A DNA stretch of 64,000 nt, taken from the NCBI GenBank assembly GCA_963662315.1, contig OY759353.1:3840001-3904000 (forward strand). Reading direction: 5' to 3'. The notes beneath the pieces are model-generated. The model was not told where the DNA came from and did not search any database. It saw only the letters and a program-made list of their open reading frames with translations. Origin of the DNA: Geopsychrobacteraceae bacterium (GTDB taxonomy: Bacteria; Desulfobacterota; Desulfuromonadia; Desulfuromonadales; Geopsychrobacteraceae). Shown piece by piece: positions 17,662 through 26,413 of this stretch. Made by a program: the position numbers and the translations under genes. Each line of letters begins with the position of its first letter. Position 1 is the first letter of the stretch.

Positions 17662-18798
17662 CTAAGGTTTCTTTGGCGTTTGATATACCGGATAAACAGT
17701 TGTTTTTGGTGAAATCCAACCCTCGACTTTGACACCGGAAGGCGTAACTGAAATCCACTTATCACCTTGAACAATCTTATTCGGGTCATTCCAAGCTGCA
17801 TCAACTTCTGTTTTAACACGGATTTCATCCCAACCTTTGGGAAACATCGTATTAGTAGAATTATTGCTAGTCTTAGTTATCCACTGTCCCGGATTCGCCG
17901 GATCGGGAACTTGAATCGTAGCTTTATATACATCTGCAACATCAGGCACCGATTCAGTTCTGGGGACAATTCGGACATCACCGTAGAGCAAAGTATGACC
18001 GCCAGTCGGTTTACCTTTTTTCGTGTAGTCAGCTTTCAATACGTGATCAAAATCTACTGGTGATTGCTGAACGTACTTGTTTGGAACAACTATCTCACCA
18101 GCAGATGATACTACAGGCCCCATCGAAAGTCCAAGCCCAGCTCTCAAACCACCAGCGGTCAACGCTGTGCCAACAACGTCATTTGTCTCAGCAGGCGTCT
18201 GAGAAAGTCGCATGCTGTAGGTACTTGCAAAGTCAGTTTGCTTAAATGCAGTAGCCTCTTGCAATACTTGATCGCCTCTTTCGGTCTCCTCAGGCCTTGC
18301 CATCACCTGCTTCTGGCCCAAAAAATTGCGTCTGCCGCCTTTGACACTGTTCTCAAACCCTTGGTTGACCACCGCTTTGGCTGTGCTGCTTTGCAAAGAT
18401 CTCTGCTGGCTGTGGGTTTGCGGTACCATGATTTTACTGTAAGCAGATGAGACTATTCCCTGCAGGTTTTCATATTGGTTTATTCCTGACAGGCTGGCAA
18501 CCCAGCGGCCTTTTTGGGGATTGTTCGGGTAGTCAGGGGCCTGCTGCCAGTAGACGACCCCCAAGAAGGGGAGCTTCATAGAGTAGACGAGGCAGACTTC
18601 CATCTTGTCAATTTTTTTTAGCAGCTCATCAAGCCCCTGTTGATAATGGCGCCACTGGACAGGAACGAATTCGTTTAGATTATGAATGCTGGTAAAACCG
18701 TCACAATAGGCGTCACGGACATCGTTTTTAGCGAAAAACGGATTGGAAATATACGGCAGGTCAGTAACCGTAATATCTCTGGCAGCAACAAGTCTCAT
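17662..18798 (-). CDS. Polymorphic toxin 2: shared N-terminal domain plus bacterial EndoU nuclease tip
   Basis: After VVPN: DFDHVL..TGGH...K...TMFPKGW...SGVKVEG...TVYP, an EndoU-type H/H/K pattern. Confidence 0.82.
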   Translation of the reverse strand: MRLVAARDITVTDLPYISNPFFAKNDVRDAYCDGFTSIHNLNEFVPVQWRHYQQGLDELLKKIDKMEVCLVYSMKLPFLGVVYWQQAPDYPNNPQKGRWVASLSGINQYENLQGIVSSAYSKIMVPQTHSQQRSLQSSTAKAVVNQGFENSVKGGRRNFLGQKQVMARPEETERGDQVLQEATAFKQTDFASTYSMRLSQTPAETNDVVGTALTAGGLRAGLGLSMGPVVSSAGEIVVPNKYVQQSPVDFDHVLKADYTKKGKPTGGHTLLYGDVRIVPRTESVPDVADVYKATIQVPDPANPGQWITKTSNNSTNTMFPKGWDEIRVKTEVDAAWNDPNKIVQGDKWISVTPSGVKVEGWISPKTTVYPVYQTPKKP

Positions 18799-18982
18799 CG
18801 GTATCCCCCCTCAAGGATAAAATAAGTTGCTATAAGAAATAACTATCTGGAAAGTTTTAATGAGGGGAGAGGATAGCGTTTTTTTAGATTCAGTCAAGAT
18901 ATTTAGCAGGAGTTTTAAGGGCGGTCTTTTCGACTCGGGATCAATTTTCAGAAGTTATCTTAGATAAAATTACATCAAAACC

Positions 18983-19556
18983 GCCGGGTCCCGGCCCGGC
19001 AGCCGGATTCATTTTTTCCAGCGATAAAAAAACGAATCAAAAAAATCTTTTAAGGTCAAACACACTGACGATAATTGATTCGGTCAACGTCTAATCGTTG
19101 CTACCCGTAGTGAACAGACCGCCCAACGATGCTGCGCATCCATGGGCAGAACCGAATTAAAGTGAGTACATAAAAATGCCAACGGCATTTTTGCGGTTCT
19201 GGCCATCAGGCGCGTATTGCGCCGTCGGCCGGCTGGTTAGATGCTGGATGTTCCTTTGGAGAGACGAAGCCCGAGTACGGACCCTTTAAAGAAGGGCGTT
19301 TTGTGCTTACTATTTGTCGCCCGCCTGGGACAAATAGTAAGGCGTCGTGCGGGGCGCAACACCGCGACCTTGCTTGTTTCATTTCAATCATAAAAGACAA
19401 CACCACCGGGTCCCGGCCCGGCAGCCGGATTCATTTTTTCCAGCGATGAAAAAACGAATCAAAAAAAATCTTTAGGTCAAACACACTGACGACAATTGAT
19501 TTTCGGTCTACGCTTATTCGTTGTTACGAGCAGAGAACAGAACGTCTGACGATGCT
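18983..19556. repeat. Structured non-coding repeat, copy 2 (18983-19368) plus partial second unit (19406-19556)
   Basis: CCGGGTCCCGGCCCGGCAGCCGGATTCATTTTTTCCAGCGAT..AAAAAACGAATC recurs after about 420 bp. Confidence 0.85.
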
Positions 19557-21551
19557 GTCGTATCAATAGACAGTGGAAGCTCATGGTCCTAATCCATAAA
19601 TTAACCAAGACTCACCGTTTTGGAGTTGTTGTGGGAGTTCCGGGGACAGTATATAGATCTTTGACAAAGACTTGTTGCCTGCTAGTCTTTTTCTTATGGC
19701 GAGAATAGCACGAGTTATTGCACCGGGCTTGCCCCATCATGTAACGCAACGGGGCAACCGGCGGCAGACGACATTTTTTTGCGATGAGGATTTTCAGATT
19801 TATATCGATCTGATGGCTCATTGGTGTGCCAAGTATCATGTGGATATCTGGGCTTGGTGCCTCATGCCAAACCATGTTCATTTAATTGCGGTGCCAACAG
19901 ATGAAGCCGGCCTGGCGCGTGCGATTGGTGAAGCGCATAGACGCTATACCCGACATATCAATTTCCGCCATGATTGGCGGGGTCATCTGTGGCAAGAACG
20001 TTTTGCTTCTTTCCCTATGGATGAAGCCCATCTCCTTGCCGCTGCGCGTTATATAGAAATGAACCCTGTCGCTGCAAACCTGGTCTCTGACCCTGGGCAG
20101 TACCCCTGGAGTAGTGCGAAAGCGCACCTCAATGACCTGGATGATGGTCTGGAGAACCGCGCTCCACTATTGGATCTGGTTTCAGACTGGCAAAGTTTCC
20201 TAAAGTTAAGTAACGAAGAAGAACTGGAGATTTTGCATAAACATGAGAAAACAGGGCGACCACTTGGGAATTTGTCTTTTGTTGAAAGTATCGAAGTTCT
20301 ATTAGCACGGACATTGCGGAGGGTGTAAAATCCTTTGTGTAAATAGACCCAGTCGGTTACAACCCGTAACCACTGGAGGAACCACAGATGTCTATACCTG
20401 ACGACCTGCTTGATAGCCTGATGAAGGACTACAAAAACCCTGAAGATCTCATTGGGGAAACCGGGCTGCTGAAACAACTGACAAAAAAACTTTTGGAGCG
20501 GGCGATGCAAACCGAGATGACCGATCACCTCGGCTATGAAAAAAACGCTCCGACTACTAATAAATCCGGCAATACTCGTAACGGAAGTTACCAGAAAAAG
20601 ATCAAGGGTGAGTTTGGAGAACTTGATATTTCTGTTCCCCGAGACCGGGATGCCAGCTTTGAACCAGCTATCCTCCCCAAAGGGCAAAGCCGATTTTCTG
20701 GCTTTGATGATAAAATCATCGCTTTGTATGCTCGCGGCATGACCACCCGCGACATCCAGGCACACTTGGAAGAAATCTATGGGGTTGAGATTTCACCGAC
20801 GCTGGTTTCTCAGGTAACCAAGGCTGTTCAGGAGGAGGTTGTTCTGTGGCAGAATCGCCCCCTTGATGATGTTTGGCCAATCGTCTACCTTGATGCTCTT
20901 CGCGTCAAGGTTCGGCAGGATAACCGAGTCATAAATAAAGCTGTCTATCTTGCTGTTGGTGTCAATCTTGACGGCGTGAAAGAGGTTCTAGGCATGTGGA
21001 CTGCCGAGAATGAAGGAGCCAAATTCTGGCTGCAGGTCGTCACCGAATTGAAGAACCGTGGGGTCAAGGATATCTTCATTGCCTGCGTCGACGGACTGAA
21101 GGGATTTCCTGAAGCGATAGAGGCCGTCTTCCCGAAAACGCAGGTTCAGCTCTGCATCGTCCATATGGTTCGGCACAGCCTGAACTACGTCTCTTGGAAA
21201 CAACGCAAGGAAGTCGCTGCCGACTTAAAAACAATCTATTCAGCGGCGACACTGGAGGAGGCTGAGTACCACCTGGAACTCTTCGGAGATAAATGGGATT
21301 CCAGCCATCCTACAATCAGCAAATCATGGCGAAACAACTGGGAGCGGATTACTCCGCTGTTCTCTTATCCGCCAGAGATCCGAAAGGCAATTTACACGAC
21401 CAACGCCATTGAGTCGGTAAATATGTCGTTGAGGAAGGTAATGAAGAACCGAGGTTCGTTCCCCAATGACGAGGCCATGTTTAAGCTGATGTATCTGGCT
21501 TTACAGAATATTGCCAAGAAATGGACAATGCCGATCCGTAACTGGCGATCG

Positions 21552-22849
21552 GGTAGTGTTCAAAATTCTGTGTCAATTCGTTACTATCATCACAACCAAA
21601 GGAATGACACATGACTCAACCCAAAATCACCTTCGATCTAGACGCTGCTCTTGCGGCCTTGCGTGAAGGCAAGGATCTCAACGGCAAAGACGGGATTCTC
21701 ACTCCGCTGATCAAGCAGCTTACAGAAGCCGCCATACAGGCCGAACTTGATGAGCACTTGGCCAATGAGGAAGGCCCGAATCGCAAAAACGGTAAAACGT
21801 CAAAAACAATCAAGTCCCTCTCGGACAGTTTTATTCTTGATACTCCGCGTGATCGCGCCAATACCTTTGAGCCCCAGCTGGTTAAAAAAAATCAGACTCA
21901 GCTTACCGATGAGTTGGAGCGGAAAATCATTGCCCTGTTTGCTCTTGGTACGAGCTATCAGGATATTCGGCAACATGTCTCCGACATGTATGGAATTTCC
22001 GTTTCCAACGGCACAATTAACGCCGTAACCGACAAGCTCTTGCCGGACCTGCAAGCCTGGCGAGAGCGCGATCTTGAAGCGATTTATCCGATCCTCTGGC
22101 TGGACGCTATCCACTACAAGGTCAAGGAAAACGGCCGTTATATCGGTAAGGCGATCTACACCATCCTGGGCCTGAACATCGAAGGCAAGAAAGAGCTTCT
22201 CGGACTCTATCTCTCCGACAATGAAGGGGCACACCACTGGTTAAGCGTTCTTACCGATCTGCATAACCGCGGGGTACAGGACATTTTGATCGCATGTGTC
22301 GATGGCCTCAAGGGTTTCCCCGAAGCTATCGAAAGCATCTATCCGAATACTGAAATCCAGCACTGCGTCATCCACCAGATTCGCAATTCGATCAAGTATG
22401 TAGCCTCAAAGAATCAAAAGGCCTTCATGGCTGATCTGAAGTGTGTCTACAAGGCAGCGACCCTCAACGCAGCGGAGCTGGCTTTGGACGACTTGGAATC
22501 GAAATGGGGTGAGAAGTATCCCATGGTCATTAAGTCTTGGCGCAGTAAATGGCCGACCTTATCCAACTATTTCAAGTACCCCGATTACGTCCGGACAGCC
22601 ATCTATACCACCAATGCTGTGGAGGCGGTTCACCGACAGTTCCGCAAACTGACCAAGACAAAGGGTGGCTTCGCCAATGAAAACAGCTTGCTGAAGCTGC
22701 TTTACGCTGGCATACTCAAGGCCTCCGAGCGTTGGACACATCCGATTCAGAACTGGAATCTGACGCTGGCTCAGCTGACCATCCATTTTCCGGGTCGGCT
22801 GGAAAAACATCTCAGTCTATGAGCCTGACACAGAATCCTGAACACCCTC
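21552..22849 (+). mobile_element. IS256-family element (inner, a different element)
   Basis: Ends GGTAGTGTTCAAAATTCTGTGTCA and TGACACAGAATCCTGAACACCCTC; 8-bp target duplication GGCGATCG at 21544-21551 and 22850-22857. Confidence 0.93.
21611..22822 (+). CDS. IS256-family transposase (intact)
   Basis: Motifs TPRDR, WLDAIHYKV, CVDGLKGFPEAI, QHCVIHQIRNS and YTTNAVE. Confidence 0.95.
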   Translation: MTQPKITFDLDAALAALREGKDLNGKDGILTPLIKQLTEAAIQAELDEHLANEEGPNRKNGKTSKTIKSLSDSFILDTPRDRANTFEPQLVKKNQTQLTDELERKIIALFALGTSYQDIRQHVSDMYGISVSNGTINAVTDKLLPDLQAWRERDLEAIYPILWLDAIHYKVKENGRYIGKAIYTILGLNIEGKKELLGLYLSDNEGAHHWLSVLTDLHNRGVQDILIACVDGLKGFPEAIESIYPNTEIQHCVIHQIRNSIKYVASKNQKAFMADLKCVYKAATLNAAELALDDLESKWGEKYPMVIKSWRSKWPTLSNYFKYPDYVRTAIYTTNAVEAVHRQFRKLTKTKGGFANENSLLKLLYAGILKASERWTHPIQNWNLTLAQLTIHFPGRLEKHLSL

Positions 22850-23011
22850 GGCGATCGGCACTGAATCAGTTTTCGATTATATTTGAAGGGCGGATGCCAC
22901 TGCTCTAACCGACGGGGCATTTACACAATCTGCTTTACACCCTCACATTGCGGCCTCTGCCACCAGGCCCTAAAAAGAATGATTAGTTCTATATACTGTC
23001 CCCGGAACTCC

Positions 23012-23223
23012 TCCGGCATAAAACCTTGTTGATTGTTGCGGTGAATCTGCGAGATTTTTCCTGTTTTCAGATCCATTGCAACGGAAAGTGCAGGCCCCAT
23101 TTCTTTATTAGTAATCCCTTTTGCCTGCTTGAGGGCCATCAAGGATTCAAACTCTGCGCTTGCCAATGACCTTAGCTGATCTGCTTGCTGAGAGTTAACG
23201 AGTAGCCTACTGTTTGGAACAAT
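23012..23223 (-). pseudogene. Truncated orphan toxin tip (possibly a YwqJ-like deaminase start)
   Basis: IVPNSRLL...KEMGPALSVAMDLKTGKISQIHRNNQQGFMP follows the immunity 3 stop codon and is cut by a RAYT end. Confidence 0.6.
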
Positions 23224-23642
23224 CAATTATTTACATTCAAACACGATGGAATTTTTCCGTTTGTCTTTAAAAAGCTTAAACATATTTCGCGAACAGTCTC
23301 TATATCATCAATTAAGCTCCGATCATTCTGAAATTGTCCCAATATAGCGATATTTTTAGCATCTTTATCTGGGTTATATAATCGGTAAATTAATCGATCT
23401 CCTTCAGAGTCAACTTCGCTACATTCCACATAACATTTCCCTGCATCACAACTTACGTTAAGACTGCATTCGCCAGGCTCATCTTCCTCTCCTTTCCAAA
23501 GGGATAGAAAGCCATTATTTGAGTACACCGAATCTAACCGTGCAAAAACTTCTCTTTCAGTTGGATTTTTCAGCATTGTACTTTGGTTCCGTTCTCCAGA
23601 GGGTGAATAAACAAACCCTCCTATGCTCAGTTGTTCGATCAT
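23223..23642 (-). CDS. Putative immunity protein 3 (cognate to the deaminase toxin)
   Basis: 139 aa, TAATG-coupled to the toxin; NPT..EV...L and DDIETVREIC..F pattern is reminiscent of Imm1-like proteins. Confidence 0.72.
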   Translation of the reverse strand: MIEQLSIGGFVYSPSGERNQSTMLKNPTEREVFARLDSVYSNNGFLSLWKGEEDEPGECSLNVSCDAGKCYVECSEVDSEGDRLIYRLYNPDKDAKNIAILGQFQNDRSLIDDIETVREICLSFLKTNGKIPSCLNVNN

Positions 23643-24781
23643 TATTCAGCCTTTGACTTAATAATTTTAAACTTGCTCATACCTGGCTCCCAATAATAAG
23701 TTTTCGGGAGGCCCGTTTTATTACTTAAAGAACGAACAGTTAAACTAGTGTATTCGTCTTTAATTGCAGCTTGCACAAGATCTTTTTGGCAAAAACCACA
23801 AACATCAAGACCATCTACATCCATTACAACATTTGAACCTTTCCCAACACCGGAATTTCGAATTTGCTGAGCCACTCCGATTTCAGCATGAGCATTTGCC
23901 ATATTGCTATTTGGATACCCACCTTCTCGTAGAGGTTTAGCCTCAACGAATTCTGAAATAAACGTTTTCTGATTCGCATCCGCTCCCAATCTAAGAGTTG
24001 GATTGATATCTTCAAATAGTTGATCGCCTACTTTTGCTCGAGCTCTAACAGATAATTCAGTGTTTGGAACCACTCTTCCACCAGCAGATGATACTACAGT
24101 CCCCTTCGAAAGTCCAAGCCCAGTTCTCAAACCACCAGCGGTCAACGCTGTGCCAACAACGTCATTTGTCTCAGCAGGCGTCTGAGAAAGTCGCATGCTG
24201 TAGGTACTTGCAAAGTCAGTTTGCTTAAAAGCAGTAGCCTCTTGCAATACGTGATCGCCTCTTTCGGCCTCCTCAGGCCTTGCCATCACCTGCTTCTGGC
24301 CCAAAAAATTGCGTCTGCCGCCTTCGACACTGTTCTCAAACCCTTGGTTGACCACCGCTTTGGCTGTGCTGCTTTGCAAAGAGGCCTGCTGGCTGTGGGT
24401 TTGCGGTACCATGATTTTACTGTAAGCAGATGAGACTATTCCCTGCAGGTTTGCATATTGGTTTATTCCTGATAGGCTGGCGACCCAGCGGCCTTTTTGA
24501 GAATTGTTCGGGTAGTCAGGGTCCTGCTGCCAGTAGACGACCCCCAAGAAGGGGAGCTTCATAGAGTAGACGAGGCAGACTTCCATCTTGTCAATTTTTT
24601 TTAGCAGCTCATCAAGCCCCTGTTGATAATTGCGCCACTGGGCAGGAACGAATTCGTTTAGATTATGAATGCTGGTAAAACCGTCACAATAGGCGTCACG
24701 GACATCGTTTTTAGCGAAAAACGGATTGGAAATATACGGCAGGTCAGCAACCGTAATATCTCTGGCAGCAACAAGTCTCAT
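23642..24781 (-). CDS. Polymorphic toxin 3: shared N-terminal domain plus cytidine-deaminase-like tip
   Basis: After VVPN: zinc-deaminase motifs AHAEIG and DVCGFC. Confidence 0.82.
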   Translation of the reverse strand: MRLVAARDITVADLPYISNPFFAKNDVRDAYCDGFTSIHNLNEFVPAQWRNYQQGLDELLKKIDKMEVCLVYSMKLPFLGVVYWQQDPDYPNNSQKGRWVASLSGINQYANLQGIVSSAYSKIMVPQTHSQQASLQSSTAKAVVNQGFENSVEGGRRNFLGQKQVMARPEEAERGDHVLQEATAFKQTDFASTYSMRLSQTPAETNDVVGTALTAGGLRTGLGLSKGTVVSSAGGRVVPNTELSVRARAKVGDQLFEDINPTLRLGADANQKTFISEFVEAKPLREGGYPNSNMANAHAEIGVAQQIRNSGVGKGSNVVMDVDGLDVCGFCQKDLVQAAIKDEYTSLTVRSLSNKTGLPKTYYWEPGMSKFKIIKSKAE

Positions 24782-24965
24782 CGGTATCCCCCCTCAAGGA
24801 TAAAATAAGTTGCTATAAGAAATAACTATCTGGAAAGTTTTAATGAGAGGAGAGGATAGCGTTTTTTTAGCTTGAGTCAAGATGTTTAGCAGGAATTTTA
24901 AGGGCGGTCTTTTCAACTCGGGATCAATTTTCAGAAGTTATCTTAGATAAAATCACATCAAAATC

Positions 24966-25539
24966 GCCGGGTCCCGGCCCGGCAGCCGGATTCATTTTTT
25001 CCAGCGATAAAAAAACGAATCAAAAAAATCTTTTAAGGTCAAACACACTGACGATAGTCGATTCGGTCTACACTTTATCGTTGCTACCAGCAGTGAACAG
25101 CCCGCCCAACGATGCTATTGCATCCATGGGCAGAACCGAATTAAAGTGAATACATAAAAATGCCAACGGCATTTTTGCGGTTCTGGCCATCAGGCGCGTA
25201 TTGCGCCGTCGGCCGGCTGGTTAGATGCTGGAGGTTTCTTTGGAGAGATGAAGCCCGAGTACGGACCCTTTAAAAAAGGGCGTTTTGTGCTTACTATTTG
25301 TCGCCCGCCTGGGACAAATAGTAAGGCGTTGTGCGGGGCGCAACACCGTGACCGTGCTTGTTTCATTTCAATCATAAAAGACAACACCACCGGGTCCCGG
25401 CCCGGCAGCCGGATTCATTTTTTTCCAGCGCTGAAAAAACGAATCAAAAAAATCTTTAAGGTCAAACACACTGACGATAATTGATTCGGTTTACGTTCTA
25501 TCGTTGCTATCAGCAGTGAACAGACCGCCCAACGATGCT
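24966..25539. repeat. Structured non-coding repeat, copy 3 (24966-25352) plus partial second unit (25390-25539)
   Basis: Same multi-hairpin sequence as 18983-19556. Confidence 0.85.
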
Positions 25540-25784
25540 GTCGTATCAATAGACAGTGGAAGCTCATGGCCCTACTCCATAAATTAACCAAGATTCACCG
25601 TTTTGGAGTTGTTGGGTAAATAATATCTCAAAAGAGTCAGAGATTGGTCAGAAATCACCTATATAATGGATTAATTGGCAATATGAGAAGCCTGATCGAA
25701 GACTTTCATTCGGTGGGCATTAAAATTTTTAATATTATATGTGAGGTGTAGAGATTCATGGGATTCAGGTTTTTCTACAGACTC

Positions 25785-26228
25785 GTTAGCTTTACCATCA
25801 AGGAAGTCACATGCAATTTGAAGAACAAGTATTCATCGCCGCATCTGCTGAAGAGGTGTTCAGGTTGTATGCTGACGTAAGCAGCTGGTCTACATGGGAT
25901 ACTGAGGTAAAAGCATCTTCCATTGACGGGGTATTTGCTTCTGGTGTCAATGGTCAGCTTCAGCCTACTAAAGGACCAAAAGCAAAAATTACCATCACAG
26001 AAGTGTTTTCCAACTACTCGTTTACGGTAGAAAGTAAGCTCCCTTTGTGCATTATGCTCTTTGAACATGAACTTTCGAAACGTTCGGGGGGTACGAATGC
26101 CTTGCATCGAATAAGCTTTGAAGGTTTGCTTTCACCTTTGTTCGGTTGGCTTATTGGCTCTCAAATTCGGAAAGGGCTGCCGGGTACGTTGCAGGGCCTG
26201 AAGCAGGTTGCCGAACAACAAAGCTAAC
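25785..26228 (+). other. Integron gene-cassette-like boundaries around the SRPBCC gene
   Basis: GTTAGCTTT 26 bp before the ATG and its exact complement AAAGCTAAC overlapping the TAA stop. Confidence 0.5.
25811..26227 (+). CDS. SRPBCC/polyketide cyclase-like protein
   Basis: I.ASAEEVFRLYADVSSWSTWD N-terminus and C-terminal helix LQGLKQVAE. Confidence 0.85.
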   Translation: MQFEEQVFIAASAEEVFRLYADVSSWSTWDTEVKASSIDGVFASGVNGQLQPTKGPKAKITITEVFSNYSFTVESKLPLCIMLFEHELSKRSGGTNALHRISFEGLLSPLFGWLIGSQIRKGLPGTLQGLKQVAEQQS

Positions 26229-26413
26229 AAGTTTTGTTGGGGGGCTGGCGGGCCTTTACCTGACCGGTTTTCAGGCGCACTGTGTCTCCAAATCGGCCGC
26301 TACATTTGGAAGATTGACCCTCTTCCATAATCTTAAATTGTTCATTTACAGATATTATTCCTTTGGCCATGCTATAACGAAAAGAATCATCAGCAATGGA
26401 AAGGATCTTCTCC

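Larger units (their letters stand above)
20388..22908 (+). pseudogene. IS256 transposase interrupted near its C-terminus (20388..21551 + 22858..22908)
   Basis: Motifs VPRDR, YLDA, CVDGLKGF, QLCIVH and YTTNAIES; native tail ALNQFSIIFEGRMPLL* lies beyond the inner IS. Confidence 0.9.
20319..22944 (+). mobile_element. IS256-family element (outer)
   Basis: Ends GAGGGTGTAAAATCCTTTGTGTAAAT and ATTTACACAATCTGCTTTACACCCTC; 8-bp target duplication ACATTGCG at 20311-20318 and 22945-22952. Confidence 0.93.
19634..23011 (+). pseudogene. RAYT-like element copy 3; CDS 19696..20318 + 22953..22986 is interrupted by nested IS256 elements
   Basis: Inverted repeats at 19634-19657 and 22988-23011; coding sequence resumes (PLPPGPKKND*) after the target duplication. 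Confidence 0.88.

Noticed and set aside
12970..20765. Minus-strand ORFs over the RAYT copies (12970..13278, 13279..13524, 15978..16235, 19612..19881, 20049..20765)
   Set aside because: Antisense shadows that recur only because the RAYT is repeated.
20388..22822. Two tandem intact IS256 transposases forming a composite transposon
   Set aside because: Target duplications show nesting; the first ORF is interrupted and has a read-through tail.
13013..23011. Recurrent 24-bp motif or GTTCCAAAC read as a CRISPR array
   Set aside because: Copies occur in both orientations with irregular spacing from a few bases to kilobases, there are no uniform spacers and no cas genes; they are element ends and cassette junctions.
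22921..23226. 101-aa ORF as a real gene
   Set aside because: A chimera of orphan toxin tip, RAYT end (EFRGQYIEL) and IS end.
14049..24070. Toxin cassettes as a classical integron
   Set aside because: No intI in the window, the site is not GTTRRRY, and only one junction has a hairpin.
19206..25484. Short ORFs inside the structured repeat (19206..19406, 25190..25390, 25248..25484; also 15762..15956)
   Set aside because: They lie in hairpin-rich repeat DNA whose copies differ by indels, and have no recognisable protein features.
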